From Phaeosaccion multiseriatum (Eukaryota > Protista > Ochrophyta, other classes): DNA of 64,000 bases. The position numbers and the translations under genes are program-made. Below, in pieces: positions 24,112 through 38,321 of the stretch. The notes beneath the pieces were generated by a model. It saw only the letters and a list, made by a program, of their open reading frames with translations. It had not been told where the DNA came from and ran no database searches. The DNA is taken from NCBI GenBank assembly GCA_965112735.1, contig OZ218954.1:3844001-3908000 (forward strand). The letters run 5' to 3'. The first letter of the stretch is position 1, and each line of letters begins with the position of its first letter.

Positions 24112-27100
24112 ATGGAGCAGGGAGTAAGCTGGACGGGGAAGCGCATCGCTTCCCTGAGGCTCTACCATAGGGGAGGAGGAGGCGGTCTGCCCAGCAAAGG
24201 GATCTTCAGCAAGGAGCACATACCCTTCCTCGTCTTCTATGCGTGGGCAGCGCTGCAGTGCTGGCAGACGGTGGGACAGCAGTACGAGGAGGCCCTTCTT
24301 CGTGCAGAGGAGGAGGGCTGGGAGCTGCCCAACAGTGTGGACCACCAGCGGACCACGCTCAATGCAGTGCTGGCAGGAGTGGACATCAACGCTAAGGTGC
24401 GGAGGAGGGGACGCTCTGCTTGTGCATGGAGTGGGGCCTGGGTCGCGCTGTCTGTGACACTTTGGGGCCGGCGCTCAGCAGTTGTTCTCTCCCCCCCCTT
24501 TTGTTTCCTCTGTCCGACCAATGGCTGTGCCCGAGCTGGCTATACGTCATTCTTGGCTCATCCCCTTCCTCCAAACTCCTATCAACCTCTTTCTCCGTAG
24601 CTTTCCTCCCTCGCTTGTCCCCGCCAATTTATCTCCCGCTCACCTCCACCCCATGAACCTCCCCTCTGCTTTTCTTCTCCTCCCCCCTTCTCTCTTCCCC
24701 TGCAGGACGCAGAGCTGGGCGTGAAGATCGCGGAGCTTCCCTCCCAGTATATGCCCGGCTTCTGGCCGCTGTTGTGGCTCGGTGTGGGCCTCACGCTGCA
24801 CGGGCTCATGGTGCTGCTGCAGGTATGCGTGTGCAGCATCGGAGAGAATCAAGTGCACTCACTCACGAACTGAATTAATCATTCCCTCCGTAGCTCATTC
24901 ACTCACTCACTCACTCACTCACTCTTTCTTTCTATCCATAACTCACTCCACTTACTCCCCCACTTATCCACTGACCCACCCACCCGCTGCCTGACTGCCT
25001 GACTGACTGACTGCCTGACTGGTGCAGGTGTGGAGTGTCGGGGTCAAGTGTTTCATCAAGTACCGCGCCGTGCGGGATGTGGACAGCGCCACACACGTCA
25101 GGGTACGTACGTATGTACCTACATAAGGTGAAACATACATGGATGGTCTTAGTGCGTGTGTGTGTGCAGGCCGCATGCAAGCACTGCAAGCGTCACTCGC
25201 CTCCACTGTTTGTGGCCCTTTGGGGCTCAAGGGGAACGCTCAAGGGGAACGCTCAAGGGGAACGCTGCCGACTTGCCACAGAGTGGATAGAGAGAGAGAG
25301 AGAGAGAGGGGTCGTTGCAGAGGAAGGCAACGCAAGGCGAGGGAAGGGGGTAGGGACATGCCTACCTGCCAGCCCAAGCCTCCAATAAATGGAAGAGTGG
25401 ACAGGAGAGGCCTTGTGCTGACGCTCTGCCTACCCATCTGTCTGTCTGTCCATCGCTCTGCTGCCCCTCCTACCGCCTCTGCTGCCCCTCCTGCTGCTCT
25501 GTCCTTGCCTGCCTTGCCTGACACCAGGTAGAGCCCAAGGACCACACAGGCTCGAACAAGACGCTGCTGCTGCCCATCGAGCAGGGGCCCCTCGGGCCGT
25601 GCTTTGAGTTCCACCGCAGAAAGTGAGGAGCCGATGGCAGTGGACGGGCGGGATGGGGGTAAAGGAGAGGAGGGACAAGCAAGAGATGAGGATGGGCGAG
25701 AGGGGCGGGTTGTGTTCTTCTTTCGCTCGAGCTATAGGCATGCATGCGAGCCGGGCAGGAAGAGAACAGGAAGGGAGTCCCGCAGATAGACATCGACAGA
25801 CAGCCGCTCATTTCCAATCCGAGTAACCCTCTCACTCAGCGCGACAGTCGCTCACATACCCTATACCCTATACCCTATACCCTAAACCCTCCCTCTCCTC
25901 TCCCTCCCCCCCTCTCTCCACTCTCCCCCCTCTCTTCTCCACTCTGCCCCTCCCCTCTCCACTCTTCCCTCCCTCCCTCTCCGCTCTCCCCCCCTCCCTC
26001 TCCCCCATTCTTCCCCTCTCCATCCCCCCCCCCTCTCCAGATATGTGTTCGACCCCCGCTCCAACGCCTTCGTCAAGATCCGCTGTGTAGTGGACCAGAG
26101 CAAGGACTTCTATCGCTCGTGGCAGGGCCTGCCCTCCTATGCCGCTGTGGAGCACACGAGGCAGAAGTACGGCCTCAACAAATTCGAGATGGCCGTGCCC
26201 GACTTTGGCGTAATGTACAAGCAGCAGGTGGGTGTGATGTGCGTGTTGGGTGTATGGGGCAGGCAGTCACGGTTGGTAGGAGGAGGAGGAGGAGGAGGAG
26301 GACGAGGAGGAGGAGGAGGAGGAGGATGAGGAGGAGGAGGAGGAGGAGGAGGAGGATGAGGAGGAGGAGGAGGAGGACGAGGAGGATGAGGAGGAGGAGG
26401 AGGAGGAGGAGGACGAGGAGGAGGAGGAGGAGGAAGAGGAGGACGAGGAGGAGGAGGAGGAGGAGGACTTCTTTACCTTGCTTATTTCCCTCTCCGAAGG
26501 TGCCTAACCCCCAACCCCCCTCCGTCCCACCCAGATCCTGAACCCCTTCACCATCTTCCAGCTCTTCTGCACGGGGCTGTGGTTGCTGGAGAAGAACTGG
26601 CAATACTCGCTCTTCACGCTGTTCATGATCTTTGGCTTCGAGGCCACCAACGTGTGGCAGAGGGTGCGCAACATGAACACTCTCAAGGGTATGGGAAACA
26701 AGGTGGGTGGGTGCGTTGAGGAGGAGGAGGAGGAGGAGGAGGAGGAGGAGGAGGAGGAGGAGGGGGAGGAGGAGGAGGAGGAGGAGGAGGAGGAGGAGGA
26801 GGAGGAGGAGGGGGGGGAGGAGGAGGGGGAGGAGGAGGAGGAGGAGGAGGAGGAGGAGGAGGAGGAGGAGGAGGAGGAGAGGACTCTGTGAATGGACGGC
26901 AACGGATGGCCGCCTTGGGAGCTCTGTCCCTGACCCGTTGATCTGTAACTGTCATTGGTGTTGCGACAGGTGACGCCGCTCAAGGTGTTCCGCTGTGGCA
27001 AGTGGGTCGGCATCACCTCTGAGGAGCTCCTGCCAGGAGACGTGTTTAGCCTCACCCTCTCCAAGGTGGGTGGGTGGGTGTAGTATGTCAATGGGTGGGT

Positions 27101-27721
27101 GCGCGCGCTTACGTGGGGGAGAACGGGTACCTCAGGCTTTTGTTCTTCTTCCTTATCTCTATTGGCGTCCTATTTAGCCCCTCTTTCTCCTTTTCCTCCT
27201 CCCCCTATGTATGCCTCTGCTCCACCCCTCCTCCCCTCCCCCCTCAGGGCAACGACATTGTCCCCTGCGACTGTCTCTTGCTCAAGGGCAGCGCCGTACT
27301 CAACGAGGCCACTCTCACCGGAGAGTCCATCCCGCAGATGAAGGAAGGCATGCCGGAGGCAGGGGGACCCGGGGGGGAGGAGGCCGTCAGCCTTAAGAAT
27401 GCGTAAGTAGTCAGTCAGTCAGTCAGTCAGTCAGTCAGTCAGTCGCAGAGACAGAAGAGAGACAGGAAAGGCCTCTGTATGCACAGGAAAGGCCTCTGTA
27501 TGCACAGGAAAGGCCTCTGTTGCACAGGAGGGAGCTGTTACGTGTTGGGTCTTCGGGTCTGTTGGGGAGGATGCAGACTCAATGCGCCTTATGATTTCAC
27601 TGGGGTTTCGCTTTACTCTGCTGCCCTCTCTCTATCCCTGTCTCTCTGCTCTTTTGGTCGCCGCCTCAAACGCCGCCCCTATCCCTTAACGTGTGTGTGT
27701 GTGTGTGCGTGTGTGTGTGCT

Positions 27722-27752
<31 letters not shown>

Positions 27753-30700
27753 GTGAAACGCTCTTTGTGTGTTGCAGACTGCACAAGGTACATGCTTTGT
27801 TCGGCGGCACCAAGCTGCTCTCGTGCGGTACACAAACCACGCTGGAGGACGCCAGCGATGACGAGGGGGAGGAGGGTGAGGAGGGTGAGGAGGGGGCAGG
27901 CAGCGAAGGAGACCGAGACGAGGACGAGGAAGAGGAGGAGGGGGAGAATACAAGTCATGACGACGTGGAGGAGACGCCGAACGGCGGGTGTCTGTGCTAC
28001 GTACTGACGACGGGCTTCAGCTCCAGCCAGGGCAAGCTCGTGAGGATGATCGAAGGCTCCACAGAGAACGTCAGGAGCGACACAAAGGACACGGCACTGC
28101 TGCTGCTGCTGCTGCTCGTCTTCGCTGTCAGTGCGTCGGCCTATGTGTTGAGGGAGGGCATGAAGGAGGGCAACAAGCGATCCAAGTACCAGCTGCTGCT
28201 TCACTGTATCCTCATCATCACGTCGGTCATCCCTCCTGAGCTTCCCATGCAAATGGCACTGGCGGTCAACACTTCCCTCATGACGCTCATGAAGATGCAG
28301 GTATGGAGGGTTGATGTGAAGGTGAAGGGGCACAAAGGGCAAGGGGGGTTTGTGAGCACATTAGAACAAGGGTGCGGGTAGAGGAGGAAGAGGAGGAGGA
28401 ACAGAGGGAAGAGGAGGATGGAGGAGGAGGAGGAGGAGGAGGATGGAGGAGGAGCAGGAGGAGGATGGAGGAGGAGGAGGAGGAGGAGGAGGAGGAGGAG
28501 GTTAGCCAACCCCATCCAGCCCAACCCACTTGTGATCCCAATTTCTGACCCCCACATGTTGTTGTGGCTACCGACCCAATGACACCAATTCCCATTGCCT
28601 TATGCCCAAATCCCATTGCCTTATGCCCAATGCCCCATTGCCTTATGCACAATGCTCCATGGCCCTTGAAGGTGTTCTGCACGGAGCCCTTCCGCATCCC
28701 CGGCTCGGGCAAGGTCGACACGTGTCTCTTCGACAAGACGGGCACCCTCACCACCGACGAGCTTGTGGCCGTGGGCATCGCCCCCAGGAAAGGCGTGGCG
28801 CAGAGGGGGGGGGGTGGCCACAGGAGCTCCAATGGCGCTTCTGCGTCTGGTGTGTCTTCAACGGGTGGAGTGGGGAAGGGGAAGGAAGGAGGCTTCTTCG
28901 GCGGAGAGGGGGGGGGGGGGTGGAGAACAGCACATTGCTCGTGCCCATGGCCAAGGTGAGTGGTGAGCGAGTTGGTTGTTCGGTCATTGGCATCATCTCT
29001 CTACAATCGGGCGTGGGGAGGGCCGGTCCATCGGTCAGTCCTCTGTCTTGTGTTCGATAGCTTGAGTGGTTAAGGTCTATTAAACTGGGACTGAAACTGA
29101 AACTCAGGGTGGGGGCTGTGCCGGAATGAGGTGGACGACAAGCGCTGCTCGCACTCACATGTCTCTCGCTCTCTTTCTCTTTCTCTCTCTTGTCCCTCCC
29201 CCTCCCCCGCCCCCCCCTTCCTCTCTCTTCCTCTCCCAGGCCCCTCCCGAGGCTGTGCTGGTGCTCGGCGGCTGCCACGCCCTGGTAATGGTGGAGGGCA
29301 AGGCGGCAGGGGACCCTGTTGAGTCCGCAGCAGTGAAGGCCATCAAGTGGGAGCTTCCTCCCTCGGGCCGTGCCCAGAGCCTGGCAGCAGCGGTCGTGGG
29401 AAAGGGTTCGACTCTGGTGCGGCCCCGGGGGGACGCAGTGAACAAGCAGGGCACGGCTGCCAAGGGGGGGGGGACAGGAGTAGGAGTAGGAGGAGGAGGA
29501 GGAGGGGCAGCAGTTGGTGATACAGGTGGTGGTGATGCAGCGCAACAGAAGAAGGTGGTGGTAGAGACGACGGCGCCTGTGACTCCGCTGGTGGTGGACG
29601 GGGCTGCGGTGCCCGCTCTGGAGATTGTGGCTCGGCATCACTTCAGCTCCAAGCTGCAGAGGATGAGCACGGTGGCGAGGGTGGTGCAGTGGCAGGATGG
29701 CCAGGTACGGAGTGGGGGGAGGGAGGGAGGGAGGAGGGAGGGAGGGAGGGAGAGGCGGAGGGACCTTCCCCGCGCCCGTACGCCTGTGTGTCTGTCTGTC
29801 CGCCTGTGTGCGTCCTCTTTATGGCTTTCCCATGACTCCCTCCCTCCCCCCGATACTCTGCCTCCGTCCCTCCACATATGCCTCTACCCTCCCTCCCTCC
29901 ATCTCTCCCTCCCTCCCTCCCTCCCTCCCTCTCTCTCTCCCTCCCCTCCCTCCCATCAACTGCCATCCCTCCCAGCCGCTGAAGAACGGATGCTTGTGGG
30001 TGCTTGTCAAGGGCTCTCCCGAAATCATCGCCGAGCGTCTGCTGCCATCCGCCAAGCCCTCTGACTACGACAGCCGGGCTCAGGCCCTCGCCAAGGAGGG
30101 TATGAGGGTGCTGGCGCTGGCCTACAAGCGGCCAAAGGACACGCAGGACTGGGACAGGTGGGTGTGCATAAAGGGTTATGTGCTTCCTTCCGAGGGTTGG
30201 GGCGTGCCATGTACTCACCTCACCCCTCTCCTCTCCTCTCCTCTCACCTCACCTCACCTCCTCTTCCTCCCAATGCTCACCTCACCCCTCTCCTCTCCGC
30301 TTACTTGCTCTCTTCCTCCTAATACCCGCATGACCCGTCCCCTTCCCCCACCCTTTTGGCTCCACCCCCCCCCCCCGATGGGCCGATCTGTGCGCAGATG
30401 TGCGTCCTCTCGCGCTGCGGCGGAGTCCGACTTGCTCTTCGCAGGCTTTGTGGCCTACACGTGTCGAGTGAGGAAGGACACGGCCAACGTGGTGGGGGCC
30501 TTGGTGGAGGGTGCTCACCAAGTGGCAATGGTCACGGGAGATGCACTGCTCACGGCCGTGCATGTGGCCAAGGAGGTGAGGGAGGGAGGGAGGGAGGGAG
30601 GGAAGGAGGGGGTATGTGGAGGGAGGAAGGAAGGGAGGGAGAGAGAGAGGAGGAGGGAAGGCGGGGAGGGAGGGATGATTCGAGGGAAAGAAAGTGGGTG

Positions 30701-33700
30701 AAGACTGAAGGGTCCGGGTCCCTCCCGCTGATTAGATACTTGCCTGTCTCTTGTGCCCCTTTTCCTTACCCTTGTCCTCTGCAGGTGGGCATCACTGAGA
30801 CCACAGTGCCCCCCCGCACTGCGCCTCTCAAGCCATTTGTGATGACGAAGATGTCCCCCGAGGACCGCAAGAAGCTTGCGGCGCAGCAGGACAAGGAGGC
30901 GGAAACCGCAATGGCTGCTCCCCTCAAACCGCCACGGAAGGGCCCGAGCAGCAGCAGCAGCGGAGGAGGAGGAGGAGACATCCTCATCCTGGGCACACAG
31001 TCAGGCTCGTCTGAAGGGGGAGGAGCAGATGCAGCAGTTGGTGATTCGAAGCTGTGCTGGACCAATTACGAGGACGGGCGTTTCATGTACCCCTTCCAGG
31101 CCTCTGAGATGCGCCGTTTGGGCAAAGAGAACGACCTCTGCGTCACAGGCAAGATGCTGGCGACGGCGTTGGAGCACCAACCCGACACCGCCAAGCACCT
31201 GCACACCATCTGTGTGTACGCACGTATGACACCCGACGAGAAGGAGAGGGTCATCCACTTCCTCAGGGCGGAGGGGAGGGTCTGCCTCATGTGTGGGGAC
31301 GGGGCCAATGACGTGGGGGCCCTCAAGAGTGCGGATGTAGGGGTGGCGTTGCTCGGAGGCTTTGGCGACCTCAACGTAGAGAGAGGCGACGAAGAGAAGA
31401 AGAAGAAGGAGAAGGAGGACAAGGCGGCGGCTCTGGCATTGGCTGCGAAGGGAGGGGGGGGGGGCACTGCTCTCATCACAGCGGAGGAGCAGCGGCGGCT
31501 GCTGGGGATGAAGGCCGGGGAGCTGAAGCGTAAGCTAATGGAGGTGGGGGTGGACCTCGCTATCCATCCCGAGTGTGTGGAGAAGGCTGACCTTGTTGCG
31601 CTCTATCGAAGAGCGGTGTCAAGGAGGGCAGTGGCGGCTCACGACGCGAAGAACGAGCTCGATCTGGCCAATATGACGCCACAGCAGAGGAAGGCCGAGG
31701 CACGAAAGAAGGCACAGGAGGCGCAGCAAGAGAAGATAGCTTTGTTCCAGGCCAAGGTGTGTGGGGGGAGGGGAGGAGAGGGGTGGCAGTGGATGGAGGG
31801 GGGTGAAGGGTGTGGTAGAGGACTGTGACTGTTTGCCCGATGGAATGTGCCCCCACCATGGCTGCTGCTGGCTTTTTGTTGACCACCTTTACACCTTTGA
31901 GCTTGTACTAACTGCCTGGCGCCCTCCCTTCCCCCCTCCCTCTCTCCTCCTCTTCCCACCTACCTCCTTCCCTCCCTCCCTCCCTCCCTCCCTCCCCCCT
32001 CCCTCCCTCCCTCCGTCACTACCTGGTGTCCTACCCTTGACGCCCTTCATGCTCTTGATGCAATTGATCATTTGGTGATGGATCATTATCACATCATCAT
32101 CATCATCATCATCATCAGGTGGCGGAGCTTGAGGCGAAGGGCGAATCGTGGGCCGCAGCCAAGGCCATGAAGGCCGTGTGGGCAGAAGAGAAGGCGAAGG
32201 TGCAAGCCAAGGTAGGCTAAAGCCAACAACATACCCACACACTCACACTCAAACTCAAACGCACCGGGGTACAACACCCACCGGAATTACATCAAGAAGT
32301 AGTCCGGCACACTCCTCCTCTCTCTTGTTTCGCCTCTCCTTGAGCCATCCACCCAACCCTCTACTCCTCTCTACCCACAACCCTCATCTCTCCACCCTCT
32401 CCCCTCTTATCAACCACCCACCCAACCACCCACCCACCCACCCACCCACCCACCCACCTGCACACACGCCCCGCTACAGGCCGCCCTGGCCAGGAAGAAC
32501 AACACAATGGAGAACCACGCCGCGCGCATGGTGAGTCGTCCCTGCCTCTCACATGCCTGGCTCTACACCTCAAACATGCCTGCCTCTACACCTCTAACAT
32601 CCCTGCCTCTACACCTCTAACATCCCTCCCTCTACACCTCTAACATCCCTGCCTCTACACCTCTAACATCCGTGCCTCTACACCTCTAGCATCCTTGCCT
32701 CTACACCTCTAGCATCCCTCCCTCTACACCCCTAACATCCCTGCCTCTACACCTCTAACATCCCTCCCTCTACACCCCTAACATCCCTGCCTCTACACCT
32801 CTAACATCCCTCCCTCTACACCTCTAACATGTTCGGTTATGCGTCCAACACATCAGGCTCCTGCGAATCATCCCTTGAGTCATGCCTACACCTGAAACAT
32901 GCTACGGTTACCTCATCTCTTTCTCTCTCCCTCTGACCCTCTCCCTCTCCCTCCCTCCCTTCCTCCTCCTGTCTGCCAGGCCTCCATGATGGACGATGTA
33001 GAGGAGACGGAGATGCCAATGGTGAAGATCGGCGACGCGTCAGTGGCCGCCCCGTTCACGTCCAAGCTGCCCTCCATCCGGGGCTGTGTGGACATCATCC
33101 GCCAGGGCCGCTGCACGCTCGTCACCTCCATTCAGATGTACCAGGTATATGGGTATATGGGTAGATACGCACTACTCATGGCGTTGGCGTTGGCATTGGG
33201 CTGTCCCATCCGCTGCCATCCATCCACTGCCATCGCCTCCCACCTTCAGCTCCTCACCTCACGCTCTCCTTGTCTGTCTGCTTGTCCCCCCCCTCTCTCT
33301 CTCTCCCCTTCCCACCCCTCCCTCCCTCCCCCCCCTCCAGATCCTGGCTTTGAACTGCCTGATCAGCGCATACTCTTTATCCGTGTTGTACCTGGAAGGT
33401 GTCAAGTACGGGGATCGCCAAATGACCGCACAGGGCATTCTCATGGCCGTTTCCTTCCTCTCCGTCAGGTAGGAGGCATACCGGAGGCATACCGGAGGCA
33501 TACCGGAGAGAGGCGTACGGGAGAGAGGCGTAGACGCGAGTGACGAGCCCTTCATTCCCTTACCCTTACCCTTACCCTTACCCTTACCCTTACCCTTACC
33601 CTTACCCTTACCCTTACCCTTACCCTTACCCTTGCCCTTTACCCCCTCCCTCTTGCTCGTGCTGCTCCTTCCTTGGGTGGTGTATTTTGTCCTGTCCTTT

Positions 33701-35848
33701 CCTTTCTTTCCCTCCACAGCCGAAGCAAGCCCCTGGACAAACTCAGCTCCGTGCGGCCGTTGAATAGGTGAGTGAGTGAGTGAGTGAGTGAGTGGGTGGG
33801 TGAGTGAGTGAGTGAGTGAGTGAGTGAGTGAGGGAATGAATGCATTGGGGAGTGAGTGAGTGAATGAATGCGTGGGGGAGTGAGTGAGTGAATGAGTGAG
33901 CGAGTAAGTGAGTGAGTGTGTGAGTGAGTGAGAGAGTGAGGGAATGAATGAATGCATTGCGGAGGGAGTGAGCGAGTGAGTGAGGGAGGAAGGGAGTGAA
34001 TGAATGCGTAGGGGAGTGAGTGAGTGAGTGAGTGAGTGAGAATGAGTGCGTGAGTGTGAGTGTGAGTGAGCGGGTCCCGAATACGCCCCTCCCCTCCGCT
34101 AGCCCCTCACCTCCCTCCCTCCCTCCCCCCTCCCCTCCCCTCCCCCCCTTTAGTATCTTCCACCCCGCTCTGATCATGTCCATCCTGGGGCAATTCGCCC
34201 TGCACATGGGGGTGATGGTGTACCTGTCTTGGTCCTCCAAGGCCTTTCTGCCCGACGACTACGAGCCCGACCTCGATGGAAAGTTCCAACCCAACCTCTT
34301 CAACAGCTGCGTCTTCCTGGTGGGGGCCGTGCAGCAGGTGAGGGAGGGAGGGAGAGATAGATAGGAGGGAGAGGTGTGGTGTATTTTGGCGTAGGGAAGG
34401 AAATGTATTGACTTACTAGGGTGGTTGAATGTCTGTCTCGGAGAGTGAGGATGACAAAGGAACCAACCCACAGAAGGTATGAGGCTCGGAGAGTGAGGAT
34501 GACAAGGGAAGCACAAGGGTAGGTATCGGGCTCACGCTCCCACCCAACCTCAACTACATGCACGCTCACGTACTCACGCACGCACGCGCTCTGGTGCGTC
34601 CCTTCCTACCTATCCATCTCCCTGCCCCCCTCTCTCCCTCTCTCCCTCTCTCCCTCCCTCTCTCCCTCCCCTACCTCCCTCCTTCGCCTGTCCACTCCCC
34701 TCCCCCCCTCTCAGGTGAGCGTGTTTGTGGTGAACCTCAAGGGCGCTCCGTTCATGAATGGGCTCATGGAGAACAGGCCCCTCCTCTACTCTCTGGGGGC
34801 CACCTTCGCGCTCGTGTTCATGTCGGCCTCGGAAACCATCCCCAAGCTCAACAAATGGCTGCAACTCGAGCCCTTCCCCACGGATCAGTTTAGAACCAAC
34901 GTGCTCACCGGTACGTGTGCGTATGTGTGTGTGTGTTCGAATCTCTCCATCCCTCTCCCCGTCTTTAGTGTCTCTTCCCTCCTGTACTTCCCCTGCCCTC
35001 GCTCGCCAGCCCCCCCCCGCCCCTTCCTCCTCTCTGTCCCCTTCGGTGTGCCATGTGTAGCAGTCAGGTCAGCAGCCACAGCAGTACCATACGCCACTAC
35101 GCCTCATGTCAAAACCTCCTCCCTCCCTCCCCCCCTCCCTCCTCCCTCACCCTCTCCATCCACTGCCATCGTTCCCTCCTTCCCTGCAGCTCTGGGTCTG
35201 GATTTTGTGGCATCCCTATTGTGGGACAGACTAATGGTGGCCATCTTCGCCCCCCGCCTGCTCTATGAGAGCATGAAGGGCACCACCATGAAAGATGTCA
35301 TGCAGGTAAGGAGGGAAGCTTGTGGGGAGGAGGAGGAGGAGGAGGAGGAGGAGGAGGAGGAGGAGGAGGAGGAGCAGGAGGATGAGGAGGAGCAGGAGGA
35401 GTAGGACGAGGAGGGGGGGGAGGAGGAGGAGGAGGAGGAAGGGGCGGAGGAGGAGGAACATATACTTAACATACACACACACACACTCTCTCTCGCCTCC
35501 TTTGCATGATGCCTTTGCGTGATGCCTTTGCGTGATGCCTTCCTTCAGGTGGTAAGGACGCTCGGGATGTGCTACTTCATCATTAACTTACTCGCCAATG
35601 CGGAGGACCCGGACGAGTGGGAGAGGATGCTGGCAGAGGAGGAGGCAGCGGCAGCAGCGGCGGCGGCGGGGGTGGCGGGAGTGGCAGTGGGTGGCGAGGC
35701 CGTGGGGGAGGCAGTGACGGGCGCGCTGGCGGGGGCAGCGGGGGGGATGGCAGTGGATGGAGGGGCGATGCGCGGCAGCGGCGCTTCGTCGGGCGAGTTC
35801 ACAGCCGAGGCGCTGCTGGAGCAGGCTCAGATGGGGGTGAGGGGTTAG
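24112..35848 (+). CDS. ATP13A1: P5A-type ATPase (ATP13A1/Spf1 orthologue)
   Basis: About 22 exons. [81 protein letters not shown] (P5A PPELP), [10 protein letters not shown] (phospho-Asp), [62 protein letters not shown]; stop at 35846-35848. Confidence 0.95.
32578..32830. repeat. 21-bp intronic minisatellite (CCTCTACACCTCTAACATCCC)
   Basis: About 12 units. Confidence 0.9.
33558..33632. repeat. (CCTTAC)n hexamer repeat
   Basis: About 12 perfect units in a P5A intron. Confidence 0.9.
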
Positions 35849-36218
35849 GGTGGAGGGGTGAGGGTGGAGGGGAGGGGCAGAGAGGGACGGACAGCACACG
35901 CTAGCTGGGGAGTATAGGAGAGGAGAGGGGAGGAGTGGAGGGTGTGGAGAGGGAGAGGCACCGATGCCCAGAGCGTGGGGATGGCACACGATAATCACAC
36001 AGGAATCACACAGGGCGTCTCGTTGGCGGGAGAACAACGCATTAACGTTAATGCTAACGTTACTCTCACAGGTTGGCGCCGCATGGGGCCAACTCCTGTG
36101 AGCAAGCAACACTCTTCCTTTCCTAAAGGAATGGGCCTCTGCCTCTGCGGCTCCTCGGTGTCCGTCCGTCTCCCCGTCTCCCTGGCTGACCGTCTTGTCA
36201 GTCGATGTCTGTCTGCCT

Positions 36219-36261
<43 letters not shown>

Positions 36262-36577
36262 AGTCAGTCTGTCTGTCTGTCTGTCAGTCAGTCAGTCTGT
36301 CTGTCTGTCTGTCTCTCTCTCTGCGTGTGTGTGCGTGTGTGTGTGGTTACTCGCCCACCTCTCCGCCTCTGCGCTGCGTTGGCCTACCCCTCCCTGCTGG
36401 ACGGACCTGCTGACGGCGTGTGTGGCAGAGGTGTGGACCACCCCTTACAGCGGCGTCCCCTCACAGGCTATCCCCATATACCTCTACGCTGTTACCATAC
36501 ACCTCTACACGCTATACCCATACACCTCCACACTGCACCGCTCTACCGTATGGTGTGCTAACACGGCACGATTGGCC

Positions 36578-38277
36578 CTACGCCCCCGTGTACCCGCCGC
36601 CCGCGCCACCCGCCCCCACCCCCTCCTCGTCATCATCGTCCTCGTCCTCTGTGTTCATAAACTCAAAGAGCGAGCACCCGTTTTCTGTAACGTCCAAGAA
36701 GACCCTGTCCTCGTGCCTCTGAATCTCGCTACTCCTCTGCGCCAGCTCCTCGATGTGAGCAAGGTCCTTTCCCAAGTTCACGCACCCATCCGCGTCGGCA
36801 AACAAGACGTCCCCGGGGCGAATGTGCAGGCCTGTGTGGAGTGAGTGGGTGTGCGTGCGTGTGTGGGTGAGTGTGTGTGTGGGGTGGGGGGGGCGTCAGC
36901 CCCAATCGATGCCGCATGCCCCACTAGTATAGTAAACCACCTTCCTCCCTCCCTCCCTCCCTCCCTCCCTTCCTTCCTTCCTTCCTTCCTTCCTCCTTGC
37001 CTGCCTCCACGCCCCTTCCCTCCCCTCCTCTCCTCTCCCCTCCTTCCCCCTCCCCTCCCCTCCCCTCCCCTCCCCTCCCCTCTCCTCCCCTCCCCCCCCC
37101 CCCCCTCTTCTCCCCTCCTCTTCCCTCCCCTCCCCTCTCAGGACTCACCTCCGATGGTGACAGGGACATTCCTGTGCTCTTGATGGGGCAAGCGCGGCTC
37201 CGGCGATGAGAGCATGCCGGCGTTGGGGCTGATGGACAACGAGTACACGGGGAAGTCTGAGCGACTCAGGGTGTGCACGTCTCGGCAGGCTCCGTTGATC
37301 ACCATTCCGGCCAGACCACGCCTCTTGGCCTCAGCACTGGCGAGACGGATGGAGAGAGACGAGGAGGCGAGGAGAGGGAGAGACAGGCAGGGAAGGCAGA
37401 GGAGGCAGACAAGGCAGAGAAGGGCGAGAGAGAGAAAAGGGGGTTAGGGGGGGCAGAGCTGAGGGAGGGAGGGATGGCAACTTAGGGATCTTGCTCCTTG
37501 CTCAAGGGGAGGGAGGGTCACCCCACCGGGGAGGGAGGGTCACCCCACCCCACCTCGCTTGGGACCCACACGACGATACACATGCAAGCATGCACGCACG
37601 CACGCACGCACGCACGCACCAGAAGAGCTCTCCGGCGACGGCATAGCGCGACTCCTTGGCGTCGATGACGAGCACCTGCCCTGGACATGACTCCTGCACA
37701 GATGGCACATGATGGCAGTAGCATGGAAGCAGCGACACATGAAGAGATGCCTTAGTTAGAGGAGTCCATCCTCCTTCCCTCTTTCTTCCTGCTCACCCAC
37801 TTACTGACCTTGAGTGCATCCACCACGAAGCGGAGGTCGGGTACGAGGTCCTTGTCCGTGCTGGACACCGGGCACACCGTCACCGCACGCCCCACCATGG
37901 CCTTGGGCACGGCTCCAAGGGCGGAGCGGCGAGGCAGATGCAGCACTGCGTTGCCCACCGAGGTGTCTGCGTCGCACAGGCTCGTGGTGTCGCACTGTAA
38001 AAGGGTCTGTGCATTATATATGGCAGGGTATAGAATGAAGTCGTTAGTTTGTTTGCACGGGCCCAAGGGGAGTTGAGGAAAAGAAAAGTCATGATGCGAC
38101 GTACTTACCCGTCTCAACACCAGCCACTTGGCCTCGTCTGCAGCAGCAGAGAAGTCCCTCCTCTTTGCCATGGCTGCTGCTGGTGCTGTTATTTGCGGTG
38201 TTGGTGTTCTTATCCTTGCTCTGATCCGGCTGCTCCTTGCCCCACCGCCGATGCTACTGATCATCCTGCTGCTCCTG

Positions 38278-38321
<44 letters not shown>

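Noticed and set aside
33558-33632. (TAAGGG)n as interstitial telomere
   Set aside because: Not TTAGGG/TTTAGGG; one of many similar intronic hexamers (CCCTCA, CCCTGA); the telomere repeat of this organism is unknown
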